This document shows positions 23,410-34,300 of a stretch of 64,000 bases of DNA, piece after piece. The translations under genes were made by a program, and so were the position numbers. How positions within the stretch are numbered: the first letter of the stretch is position 1; every line of letters starts with the position of its first letter. Source of the stretch: Vitrella brassicaformis CCMP3155 (taxonomy: Eukaryota > Protista > Chromerida); assembly GCA_001179505.1 (NCBI GenBank), contig CDMY01000170.1, positions 116,057-180,056 on the forward strand, in the 5' to 3' direction. The notes below the pieces were generated by a model. It saw nothing but the letters and a program-made list of their open reading frames with translations, was not told where the DNA came from and made no database searches.

Positions 23410-24808
23410 AGTTGGAGTATCAGCAGTAGCTCGGGGTAGCGAGTAGGAATGTGACGAAGCCGAAAGAAGCATTCAGTGACGACGGAGGTCTCATGGACAC
23501 GCAAGCTTGGGTCCACGCGCATCACAAGTCATGTCTCGTAGATCTCGCCCGTTACACCCCTCTGTCTTCGTGAGCTCTTGGGTGGCCAGCTAGTGCGCTG
23601 TTGTCTTGTAGAGCCTCATTCGTCGAGCTCAGATCCATCGTCACTGTCTCGCATCTCTTGCAGCATACGGCCGAGCACTCGACATTCATCTGTCGTGTGA
23701 TTGAACAGCGGACGTTTTCGTCGTGTCGAGCAGAGACGGCAGAATAGCTGCCGGCGCTCTTGGGCGGCACCAGCAACGGGCAATGATGCCACAGTTGATG
23801 CTCCCTGTCCTGTATTGCATCCAGACAGGGTGTGCGGGTCGGATGGACTATGCGTACCGTCACTGAGCTCCGCAGTAATGCGGGCGGCCATACGGCGCAT
23901 CTTTTCGTAAGTGAAGTCCACCTGCCCGATGAACACACTCCACAGAAAAGCACACATTGCGTTCGCTCTGTGAGCACCCAGCCGCACGATCATCTTCTGT
24001 ACGATGTCGTCTTGTGTGCGCCTTTCTGTACCATACGCCTTGTTGACGGCAAGTGAGAGACGGTCAAGGTCTCCAAGATTATCCATGAAGCCCTTGCTCT
24101 CGTCATAATCCCACCTGTCGTATTCGACATTTGTCTGTGTGCGCCTCTGCTCGATGCTCGGCTTGTACCTGCGACATAGAGCCAACAGAGACACATACCC
24201 ATCGTGTGTGGTGGTTGCCTCCTGGACCGTTCCTTGACAGTCCTTGCCCTCTGTGGCCCTGTCCAGTGCTCTCCACAACATCCATCTTTCCATCCTCATG
24301 TTGCGGCGTTGGACATCTGTGAGCGACTCGTCACCGACAGCTCGTCATCGGTTGACGGATGGAAGTACTTGGCCATGCCATCGATGCCATAGAACATGCC
24401 AGCGAACGACTGACGCCAGCTGTTGTAGTCGCTCTCTTTGCCGCTGAAGCGAGGAGGGTTGGTGGCGATGCCATCGGCCATCTTGTACCACAACTCACTG
24501 TGTGGCACTTGTTGGATGACGTCACGTTGCTCGGTCATCATCACCGGGAAGATGGTGTCTCGTCAGATGGTGAGGGAAGGCACGCCAGATGGCTCATCAC
24601 ACCCGAGGTGGGCTTTCATAACCAGTTGGAGTATCAGCAGTAGCTCGGGGTAGCGAGTAGGAATGTGACGAAGCCGAAAGAAGCATTCAGTGACGACGGA
24701 GGTCTCATGGACACGCAAGCTTGGGTCCACGCGCATCACAAGTCATGTCTCGTAGATCTCGCCCGAGTAACTCGGTTTTGCCCCAGTAACTCGGTCTCCG
24801 CTCTAACT
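23410..24808 (-). mobile_element. Non-autonomous gag-only Copia-like LTR retroelement, 1,399 bp
   Basis: 142-bp identical direct repeats (23410-23551 and 24624-24765). TSD CTAAG at 23405-23409 and 24809-24813. Terminal inverted ends AGTTGGAG / CTCTAACT. PBS-like GGTTATGAAAGCCCAC (24623-24608). PPT-like GAAGACAGAGGGG (23569-23557). Gag-like ORFs but no pol. Confidence 0.9.
23616..24544 (-). pseudogene. Gag-like protein of the LTR element, split into two ORFs (24296-24544 and 23616-24299) overlapping at ATGA
   Basis: PPRFSGKESDYNSWRQSF resembles the Copia gag N-terminal PxFxG...Y..W motif. C-terminal CRLC-X10-H-X4-C zinc knuckle. Frame change at about 24296-24299. Confidence 0.75.
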
Positions 24809-24834
24809 CTAAGGTCGAAGTGAAAAACTTCGTG

Positions 24835-26066
24835 ATGGAGTCAAGGAGAAGAAGGCCAGGTAATGCAGCAGGAAGCCGAGCTCAATTTGCATGCTTTTGA
24901 TGAGCTGATCACCTTTCTGCCATCTTTCAGATCTGGCAAGGCAATGCGGCCAATGGCATCTGCGCCTGTTGGCCGCTGCAGCTCTGTTCCTTTCCCTGCC
25001 GCCGCCAGCTCTGTCATTTCGCCTCCCCTCCCGCCTTGCAAGACGGTCGCAGCGCACAGCGACTGCATCTTCACCGCCGGACATGCAGCCCCGGCGAGAG
25101 CACTTCGATAGCGCCGCCCGTGCACTACTGCCTCTTGCCGTCGCGCCCTTCCTGACATCCCCTCTCCCCGCCTCTGCTGAGCCGTTCGACAAGCAGAATA
25201 AGCTCCTGAAGGTGGCCGGCCTGCCGCCGGTCAAGCCGGATGACGTGCCCAAGGGATTCAATCTGCTGGTGGACGTGCTGGATCAGTCGGAGATCTACGG
25301 CAGGGTCCGCGAGCGGGACCCCGTGATTGTGCAGTTCGTCTACCCGTCTTCGTGGCTGGTCGTTCGGCCTGTGGTGGACAAGAATGGGCAGAGCGGCACG
25401 ATCACCGCAGGCAACCAGAAGACGGAAACAGCTGCTCTGTTCGTGGTGCCTAACGACACCGGCGCGAAGGGCAAACTCAAAGACCAACCGGTGAGTATAT
25501 TATGGAGCGAGGGAAGGCGCAGCACGGTGACGTGACTGTGCCACATGCCATCATTGCGTTTGGTTGTGTGTGTTGTGTGTGTTGTGTTGTGTTGTGTAGA
25601 TGAGTTTCTGGGAGGGTTTGGTTGGCCGCTGGATATCTCAGAAGGGCGAGACGAGCAGCGGCCTGAAGATCCTCAGCAAGTATGCGGCCGAGGCGTCTTC
25701 CAGCGATGAGTACATGGTCGTCAACTACCGATATGAGCTGGCCACGGGCGCGGGATTCACAGTATACAGGTACGACGGACGGACGAGCCACAGAACACAC
25801 ACACAAGGGCGCTCGCACTTGTGTCTGTCTTTCTGTCTGTCTGTCTGTCTGTCTATCTGTGTGTGTGGGTGCGGTGCAGACGTGGTGTTGGTGCGGTGAC
25901 GACGACAGACAAGTCGGTGGAGTGTCTGTTCACGGCCACGACGGAGGAGAAGTTCCGCAAGGTGGGCCCCACACTGCAGAAGATCGTCGACTCGTTCCGT
26001 TGCTACCAAGACAGAGAGGCCATCAAGGGCGCAAGGCTCAACAAGTCAGCCGTCAAGAAAGCTTAG
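24835..26066 (+). CDS. PsbP-domain thylakoid-lumen protein with signal peptide, transit peptide and twin-arginine lumen signal; 4 exons
   Basis: Exons 24835-24859, 24931-25490, 25600-about 25768, about 25880-26066. Presequence ...LRLLAAAALFLSLPPPALS|F, then PRRE + ALLPLAVAPFLTSPLPASA|EP. PsbP-like FVYPSSW and IVDSFR. Confidence 0.8.
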
Positions 26067-26520
26067 CTTGACGAACGACAGACCAACGGTCCGCCCGATG
26101 GGGCTGATCAGACCAGACCGATGGACGCTTCACGAAGTGATTGCATAGCATGGATGCGTGTGTTGTGTTGGTTGTGTTGAGCGGGAGTGATTTTTCTTCC
26201 ATACCCTACGTGAGGGGGTGCGTGTGTCAGTCATCTGCACCAGGTTGAGCAGATGGCGAGATGGATGGATGGATGGATGGGCACACGGGAGTGCCGTTTG
26301 GAGAGAGGGACGGGTGGAGTGGTGCGCCGGGGGCATCCATGGAGTGGGTGGACAAATCACTCCATCCAGCAGCGAGGTCAGAGAGAGACACATTTAGGAC
26401 GACCAACGACAGACAGACAGGAGATGAAGATGAAACTGTGGATCCGATTCATATGCCTCCCGAAACAACAAACCAAACCGTACGCAGTCAGCCCACCCAC
26501 CCGCTATGAACAACAACTCG

Positions 26521-27748
26521 TCATTCACACCATCGCCCGATCCTCCGATCACCCCCCTCGAACGCGATGAACGCCACCAGCCACACCCACAGCACCTGCA
26601 CGCAGCCCGATGTCGGCCACCTATCGTGATCGGCCCAAAGGGCAGCGATGCCGAGTGGCGATGGATGGGCGAAGTTGCTGTTGGTGTAGTCGTTGTCAGG
26701 CCATCTTCGGCGTGACGGTCACGAGTCTGCGTGGTGTGGTGCTGTTGTAGTTCTTGGTCTTGGACTGACGAATGTGTGAACACTGCAGCCAGCCATCACA
26801 CACACACACACACACACATGAATGTCTCCGTGTGCGAGGTGAGTATGTGTGTCTCTCTCTCTGACTGACGGTTGGTTTGAACTTGACGATGTCGGCTGCT
26901 TAGAAGAGGACGAACGGGATATAAGGTGTAGGCAGCGATGGTCCGACTTGCGGGGACAGCCGAGTGAGCCCCCAACGACACCGTGCACACACACACAGGG
27001 GAGACACACACACACAGGGGTCCATCCACGCGCAGCACACTGCGGGGGCAACGCGGGGCAGGACTGCTGCATGGCGTGGCGGCACAAAGTCATCACCCTC
27101 TCCGTCAACTCGGGCCCGCAACCGATGGCCTGCAGCGTCTCGCGCAGCTGCGTGCACGCCGTGTTGGGGATGGCCGATCCCTCCACACCCTCCACTGGCG
27201 ACAGCAGTGGCACGCGGGGGGAAGGGTAAAGAGGTCGAAGGGTAAGTGGATGGCGTGGCGGAGGAAGTCCAGCTGGGCCTCCTTGTTGTCCCACACCTTG
27301 CCGACGACCACATCCAGGGGGAACAGGGCGCCCATTGCCGCCCTCTGGTGGGCGGCCATGATCAGCTTGAACGCCTTCTCGTCAGGCAGAGACAGCACGG
27401 GTGTGTCGAGATACACCCACACGGACAGGCCCGGCCCGCTGCTGTTGGTCGCGACCTAAGGGCTGGTCGTGTCAGTTGCTCACCCGCAGCTGGCGATGAT
27501 GTCGGCGCCCCAGTTGAGGTCCGGGAAGGCGGACATGAAGCTGTCGATGAAGACATCGATGTCCCAGCAGCTCCCGCTCTCGGCGTCGTTGGTTGCGGCC
27601 ATCATGGCGATCATCTCGGCCACCTCACGCTCGCCCATGTCGGTGGGGGGTGGGGGTGACACACAGCTCCGGATGCTCAACTCGTCCTCCTGGAGAGCGA
27701 GGCCACGCGGGCGGCTGTACACGTCCAGGGGATTGACATGACGGCCTG

Positions 27749-27780
<32 letters not shown>

Positions 27781-29355
27781 AACACACAACACCCACATGA
27801 ATATCAAACGGCCCCTCCCTCGCCCTCTCTCTCTGGTCCATCCACGTGCTGTGTGTGTGTGTTGCTGTGTGTCCGGACCTACTTGATCCTTCTTTGCCCA
27901 AAGCGCCGCCCTTGTATCCCATCTTGAGCAGCATCTGGAATCCCTGGCCGCACGTTTGCTGCACCTTCTCGACGACCCAAGGCAGCGACTGGATGAACTT
28001 GTGGCACCGCTCCTGCCAGCTGCAAACCGGGTATTTCTCCTCCCTGAGAAGCGGCCAGGGCTTGGGGGCGGCAGCCTGCATACACACACATCAGATCCGT
28101 CCACACCAATTGGTCCACACAGACACAGACAGAGACAGATAACAGATGCACAGCTTGTGTGTCTGTGTGTCTGTCAGTGGCTATGTATGGATCCAGTCGT
28201 GTGCGTGACCGACCTTCTCGACGAGCATAGGCGCCTTCTCCTCACGAGTGTGGGGCTCCTGCGGCGGCTCAATGGAGCCGGCGGCCCTCGGCTGGGACTC
28301 GAGCACAAACTGCAAACATACCCACAAGGCGGGCAGATGCGCGAGAGGTCGTTCCGTTCAGTCAAGAAGTTAGTTACCTTAATGGGGGGCATTCGGTCGC
28401 CTTGTCGGCCACCAGTGAGTCCCATCTCCACACGACCCAGGGCACGGTTGCTGCCATGGCCACGCACCTCCTCGGCCAGCTGCGGCGGCCCCCTGATGAG
28501 GCCCATTTAGTCATGCCGTTTGCCGCCGGTGGGTCGTATCTCCATGTCGCCCGAAGCGCCATTGCTGCCACGGCCCTGCGCCTCCTCGGTCAGCTGCTGG
28601 GGTGGTTGCTGGGGAACCTCGGGAGGGACGGCGGCATCTCCTCGTTCGCCAAAGAAGAACCTGTGAGTGGCAACGGAGAGGACGACACAACAGGATACAT
28701 AGGACACACACAATGAATGAGTGGTGCTCCAGTGCGTGTGCATGTGTGTGTGCGTTCCTCACCTTAACGGTGGTCCTCATTGTGCTGCGATCCGTTGTCC
28801 TTCACGTCGCCCTTCGCCCCGCCACCAACACCCCGCTGCCCGGCCTTAGCGGCCATCGACAGATCCGCCTTGGGCACTGGTAGTACTACAGCCTCCCACC
28901 CCTCACCCTCTCCCTTGGCTCCTCCGTCTGCGGCCGTCTCGCCATCCTGTCCGCCCTCGTCGGCCGCATTGCTGCTCGGATGGGCTGTCTGTATCTCAAT
29001 GGGCTGTCCAGAGCCTTCCTGCAGGCAGCGCATCCACACAACGACACCAACCAGAGACATGCATAAACATACTGGTTGGTGCGAATGGTGACTGACTCAC
29101 CTGAGCGCCTGGCTGTTCGGGTCTCGGTGAGAGAGCGCCTCCACGATAACAAGCTGCCATTGCGGCGGCAACTCCCGACTTGGGAGCCGAGGACTTTGGC
29201 GTCCACGCCTTGCTGTTGAGCAGTGTGGGCCAGTGGGTAATTCTCACCGCCGTGCGATGGTGCCGGTGTAGAGAGGCTCTTCGTGTGGGTGCTGGCCGCT
29301 GGCTGAAGTGGCAGAAGGTCTTGGTCACGGTGAACCGCCATTCTGGCGGCAGCAT
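26521..29355 (-). pseudogene. Disrupted G-patch-domain gene (probable pseudogene or error-containing assembly)
   Basis: Spliced GQGFQMLLKMGYKGGALGKEGSS|RHVNPLDVYSRPRGLAL matches the G-patch pattern. Lesions: in-frame TAA at 28509-28507 within an exon, frame switch in a C-run at about 27225-27232, and a phase-incompatible 28-nt intron at about 27457-27484. Confidence 0.6.
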
Positions 29356-29863
29356 GGGCGTAGCGAGGGCCGCGGGCTCAGCATTTCCGTGATAAACTTG
29401 GTGATCAAACAGGTCCTGCCGCACACACAACACAACACAACACGACGCCATCAGGGATGGGAATGCATCAACACAACAATGAGGAATGCATCTGTCTTCT
29501 GTCGAGAAATATGAATTCATCCGCCCGCCCGCCCGCCACAGCCGTCCCTTGTGTGGCTATTCTGCCCCTGGCCTGCATGCATGGCCTCCCTTATGCCTTC
29601 CTGCCTCCCTGCCCGTCCCATCATCCACCATATTGCATCATCCATCGTGTCGTGTCCAATTGGTCGTGTCGCGTCGTGCTGTTCACCTTCGCGTCCTTGT
29701 GCCGCTCGTCGGGCGGGGCCTCGGTCCGGTGACCAACTGCCTTGATCAGCACGACATTTCCTCTCTTCCACTGCACTGCGCCGATTTCACTGAGGAATTA
29801 TTTCACGCGCGCCCTAGCTCCTTTAACGGCGCGCAGATCTCTGGCGATTTGTTGTTGGATGCG

Positions 29864-31277
29864 ATGGCTGGGGAGAGCTACAAGGAGATCTCTGAGCAGG
29901 TGTTGCTGAAATGCGTGGGGCAGGACTGGTTCAGGCGCAAGCACAAGCACCTGGTCTTCAGCGGGCCGCAGTTCTACCTCGAGACCCTTCAGGGCGAAGA
30001 CGGCGGCCTCCTCAATCGGCGACTGGACCTCACCAAGCTGCAGACACTCGACGTGTCGGGTACACAGATCACCCATCCACACACACAAACAAACAAACAA
30101 GAAACACATGGAAGGCGGCACCGTTTGTTTCCTCTGCTCTTTCTTCCATTCCATCAGAGAACAATTTGGCAGACGTTAATGGGGTGGTTCAGGCGGACAA
30201 GGGGTTCCGTGAGCTGCGTGTGCTCAAGGCCCGCAAAAACCAGCTGACACGACCGGTGCTGAACCTGCCGACCTTGATGGAGCTGAATCTCTCGCACAAC
30301 CAGCTCAAGACCATCCCACCGCTGGACTGGCTGCCCAGCCTCGAGATACTCCTCCTCAGCCACAACCAGATGACCGGCTCCTGGGACGCCGTGGCCAAGG
30401 CGCCGCGGCTGAAACGACTAGACCTCAGTGACAACCAATACGACCTCGTGCCATCGAGTGTGAGTCAGCAGAGAGAGGGAAGGAACGGATGGATGGATGG
30501 ATGTGGGTGCTGGTGGACGGACATCTCTCTTTCTTTCTGAGTCGGCTTGTGTGTGTAGGTGGCGCAAGGCTACGAGGTGCTGCGTGGTCTGCAGCAGCTG
30601 CAGAATCTGCGGCTCAAGGACAACCCCTTCGCCGGCTGGTTCCCAGAGTACCAGATATTCGCCATCAAAGCCATCAAGACGCTGCAGAGACTCGGTGGGG
30701 GGGCCGGTGGCCATGGACAAAGGAGGCGGGAGAGGCGTGTGGATGGTATGGTTCTCTGTCTGTCTGCGGCAGATGACGAGACGATAACGAAGGAGACCCG
30801 CGACGAGATCCAGTCGGAGCAGCTGCTGTCGCTCGACAGGCACGCGCTGCACACCCCGCACCAACGGATGGATGGAGGTTATTGGTTTGGTGTGTCATGT
30901 CACTGTGTGTGTGTAGGTATGATGAGGTGTACCACGAGCGGCGTCGGCTGTCGCAGGGCATGGCGCAGAGACCCAGACAAAGGACAGACGCAGCAGCCGC
31001 AGCACAGCTGCTGCCCCTCCCAAGGTCACACACAAATCCACACCTGGATGGATGGATGGATGGATGTGTGTATGTTTGTCAGGTTGATAGAGTTGCAGGA
31101 CGAGTCGTTGTCCAACCCCGATCGGTGTGTGCGCAACATGTCACAGATATACGACGCCACCGACCAGCTACAGGCACTCCCACCCGACCAATACACAGAA
31201 ATATTCAGAGGACTCAACGACGACGACGTACGTGTGTGTCGAAAGAGAGAGAGGGCGTAATGAGCACCTGCAGTCCT

Positions 31278-31308
<31 letters not shown>

Positions 31309-34300
31309 CTGTGTGTGTGTGTGTGTGTGCAGCAGCGTCGATCTGCTGTCGAGAATTTCATCCAGCAGATGACGCTTCTCATGGAAAGACACGACACCGT
31401 CAGATCTATTGCACTCAGGTACACACAATACACACACACACATTCACACAAATACAGACCAAATATATGAGTGTCTGCCGTCCCGTCCGTCCGGCCGTTC
31501 GTCAGGTGTTTGGGCAAGTTGTCGGTGGTCACTAAGGGCGGATTGGGTGAGCAGTGTCTGCTTGCGCTCGGTGAGGCGATGCTCGGGGGCCCCGCCATGG
31601 AGAGGGAGGTGCTCTCCGTCCTCGACGACCTCATCATCCCCTCAATCAGATCCAAACCACTGCAGGCACGGCACCCTCACACACACCTTTCCCCACACAC
31701 CCACCCGATCCCATCGACGTGTGTGTCCGTCCAGGACGAGTCGTGTATGGTGGTTGTGAGGGGCCTGGCGGGTCTGTCTGTGGGCGACAAGCTGGCGGTG
31801 GCCTACCGCGAGATTGTGCCACAACTCGTAGAGTGGTTCAAGGAACAGCCCAACAACGAGTCAGTCAGTCAAGAGACAAACACCTCCGTGGCCAGCTGCG
31901 GGGCAAGGATGGACGTCTGTGACTGGTGTGTCTATGTGCAGGCACGTGTTGGGTTTGCTAGCTGTAGCGGTCACGGTGGAGGGCAACGCAAGGGAGGCCA
32001 CCTCCTGTGGCGTGCCACAAGTCAGGCGGGCGGCACGCCCACACGCACACGCACACAGTGAAAAGACGTCTGTCCTTCATGGAAGCATGTGTGTGATCCA
32101 GTTGCTGCTTGGGAGTCTGCAGTCGATGGGCATCAATCAGGGCGAGACCAGAGAGCCATACATCAAACTGCTACGCATCGTGCAGTGAGCAAACATAAAT
32201 AAGTGTGCACACGCAGTCAGAAAGGCCGTCTGCTTACCGTTGTCTGTCTGCTTCTGTGTAGGTACACGGCTCTGTACGACGAGGGTGCGAGCCGCTTCTA
32301 TGTGCGTGAGGGTCTGCACCGCAATCGGCTCATCAACGACATCAAAGACGTGCTGCAGAAAAGCATGGGTCAGCGACCGGGCAGGCGGAAAGGGGAGACC
32401 CAACCCAGGTGCACTCATTCGGTGTGTGTGTGTGGGTGCAGGTGAGTTGAGCATCGCACAGGCCCGCACGGCGGCCGCCGCCATCGAGGCGCTCATCGCC
32501 ATCATGAAGTCAAATCCACAGGCACGGCAACGAGGGGAAAAGTGAGTTTGTGTGGGCAGGTGTCTGTGTGTGTGTTGTGTGTGTGTTGGCTCAGGCGTTG
32601 CATGACGCGTGCATGTCTTACCACGTGGTGGACATCTTCCTGGGCCCCGCCAAGGAACACATCGCCGACCCTCTCATACTCGCCGCGTCCATCAACGGTC
32701 CGCACACACACATACACATACGCACAGCCAGAAATGTGCGCATGTTGTGGTGGCCGCTGTGCTGTCAGGTCTTCGTGTGGTGCTGGAGGATGACTCGGTG
32801 CGCCGCCAGTTCGTCAAGAGCATCGCCGAGCAGCTCAACAAGCTGACGCCTCTCATGCAGTACCTCGGACTCAAGAAGTACAAGGCACTCTGCGAGAAGG
32901 CGGAACAGCACACGGGCAAACACGCCGCCAGGGTCAGCCACTCGACTGACTGCACCACTCACTGGCCCTGAGTGTGTGTGTCTCCATGTGTGTGTTGAAG
33001 GACCGTCTGGTGACGCCTCCGCTGAATTCCAACACCAACCGGTACGTCCACGCCGTGTTTATCGCCATAGTGGAGCTCATCACATGGTTCACTGCACATC
33101 CGGAGGACGACATATGCAAGGCAACCCCCCCACCAAATCNNNNNNNNNNNNNNNNNNNNNNNNNNNNNNNNNNNNNNNNNNNNNNNNNNNNNNNNNNNNN
33201 NNNNNNNNNNNNNNNNNNNNNNNNNNNNNNNNNNNNNNNNNNNNNNNNNNNNNNNNNNNNNNNNNNNNNNNNNNNNNNNNNNNNNNNNNNNNNNNNNNNN
33301 NNNNNNNNNNNNNNNNNNNNNNNNNNNNNNNNNNNNNNNNNNNNNNNNNNNNNNNNNNNNNNNNNNNNNNNNNNNNNNNNNNNNNNNNNNNNNNNNNNNN
33401 NNNNNNNNNNNNNNNNNNNNNNNNNNNNNNNNNNNNNNNGGGGGGGGGGGGGGGGGGGTATACACCGTCTGTGTGTGTGTGTGTGTGTGTGTGGCTTGCA
33501 GGTGACACCGAGAAGGTGTTGGCTTTGGTGATCCACCAGCTGCGGCGGCTGGCCGAGGACCAGCACGGCAACGCCGGCCGCATCTTCAGAGAGGACCACG
33601 CAGAGGGCGCCATCGCACAAACCATCGAAGTGCTGCTCAGAAACGCTGCACGGAGGACATTCGGCAACAGGTACGGAGCAAGGTCGTTCGGATGTGAGCA
33701 CACGTCTGCGTGTGTGTGTGTGTATGTGTGTAGAGATGAGGAGAACCAGAAGACAGAGCTGAGCATCGCAGCAGTGGATCTGCTCAGAAGGGTCTCGGGG
33801 TTTGTCGACCTCAGGAGACACCTCAGGTGTGGCCGGCCACACACAACCAATCCAAGACTGGTCTGGTGGTCATGTCTCATCTCTCTCCTTCCTTGCCCCT
33901 TGTGTGTGTGTGTGTGTGTGTCTCAGGACCAAGACGGTGATGCAGAGCTTCCGCGTGATTCTCAAGTACGAGGAGGAACTACACTCGCCCGACAACCAGG
34001 TAGGTACACGCGCGCTCACACACAAATGAGGAGCCATAGCCTTCTCTGTATGGTATGTGTATTTCTCTCTCTGCATGTAGGACATCATATTGGAGCGGAC
34101 GTGGACGGGCCGCGATGTGGAGTACCTGCTGCAGTGCCTCGTGGGCCCAGACCGCCTGTCGCCATTCAAGAAGGTGGCCTTCAGACTCATCGCACGCCTC
34201 GCCGACGTCCTCGAGGGGCGATCCGACGCACTCGACAGCGGCAAGACCATCGTGCTCAAGGTCGGTGTGTGTGAATGTGATGTGATGTGATGTGTGTACA

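Noticed and set aside
32934-34274. Long ORFs crossing N runs (also 60796-61573)
   Set aside because: Artefacts of translating assembly gaps as X.
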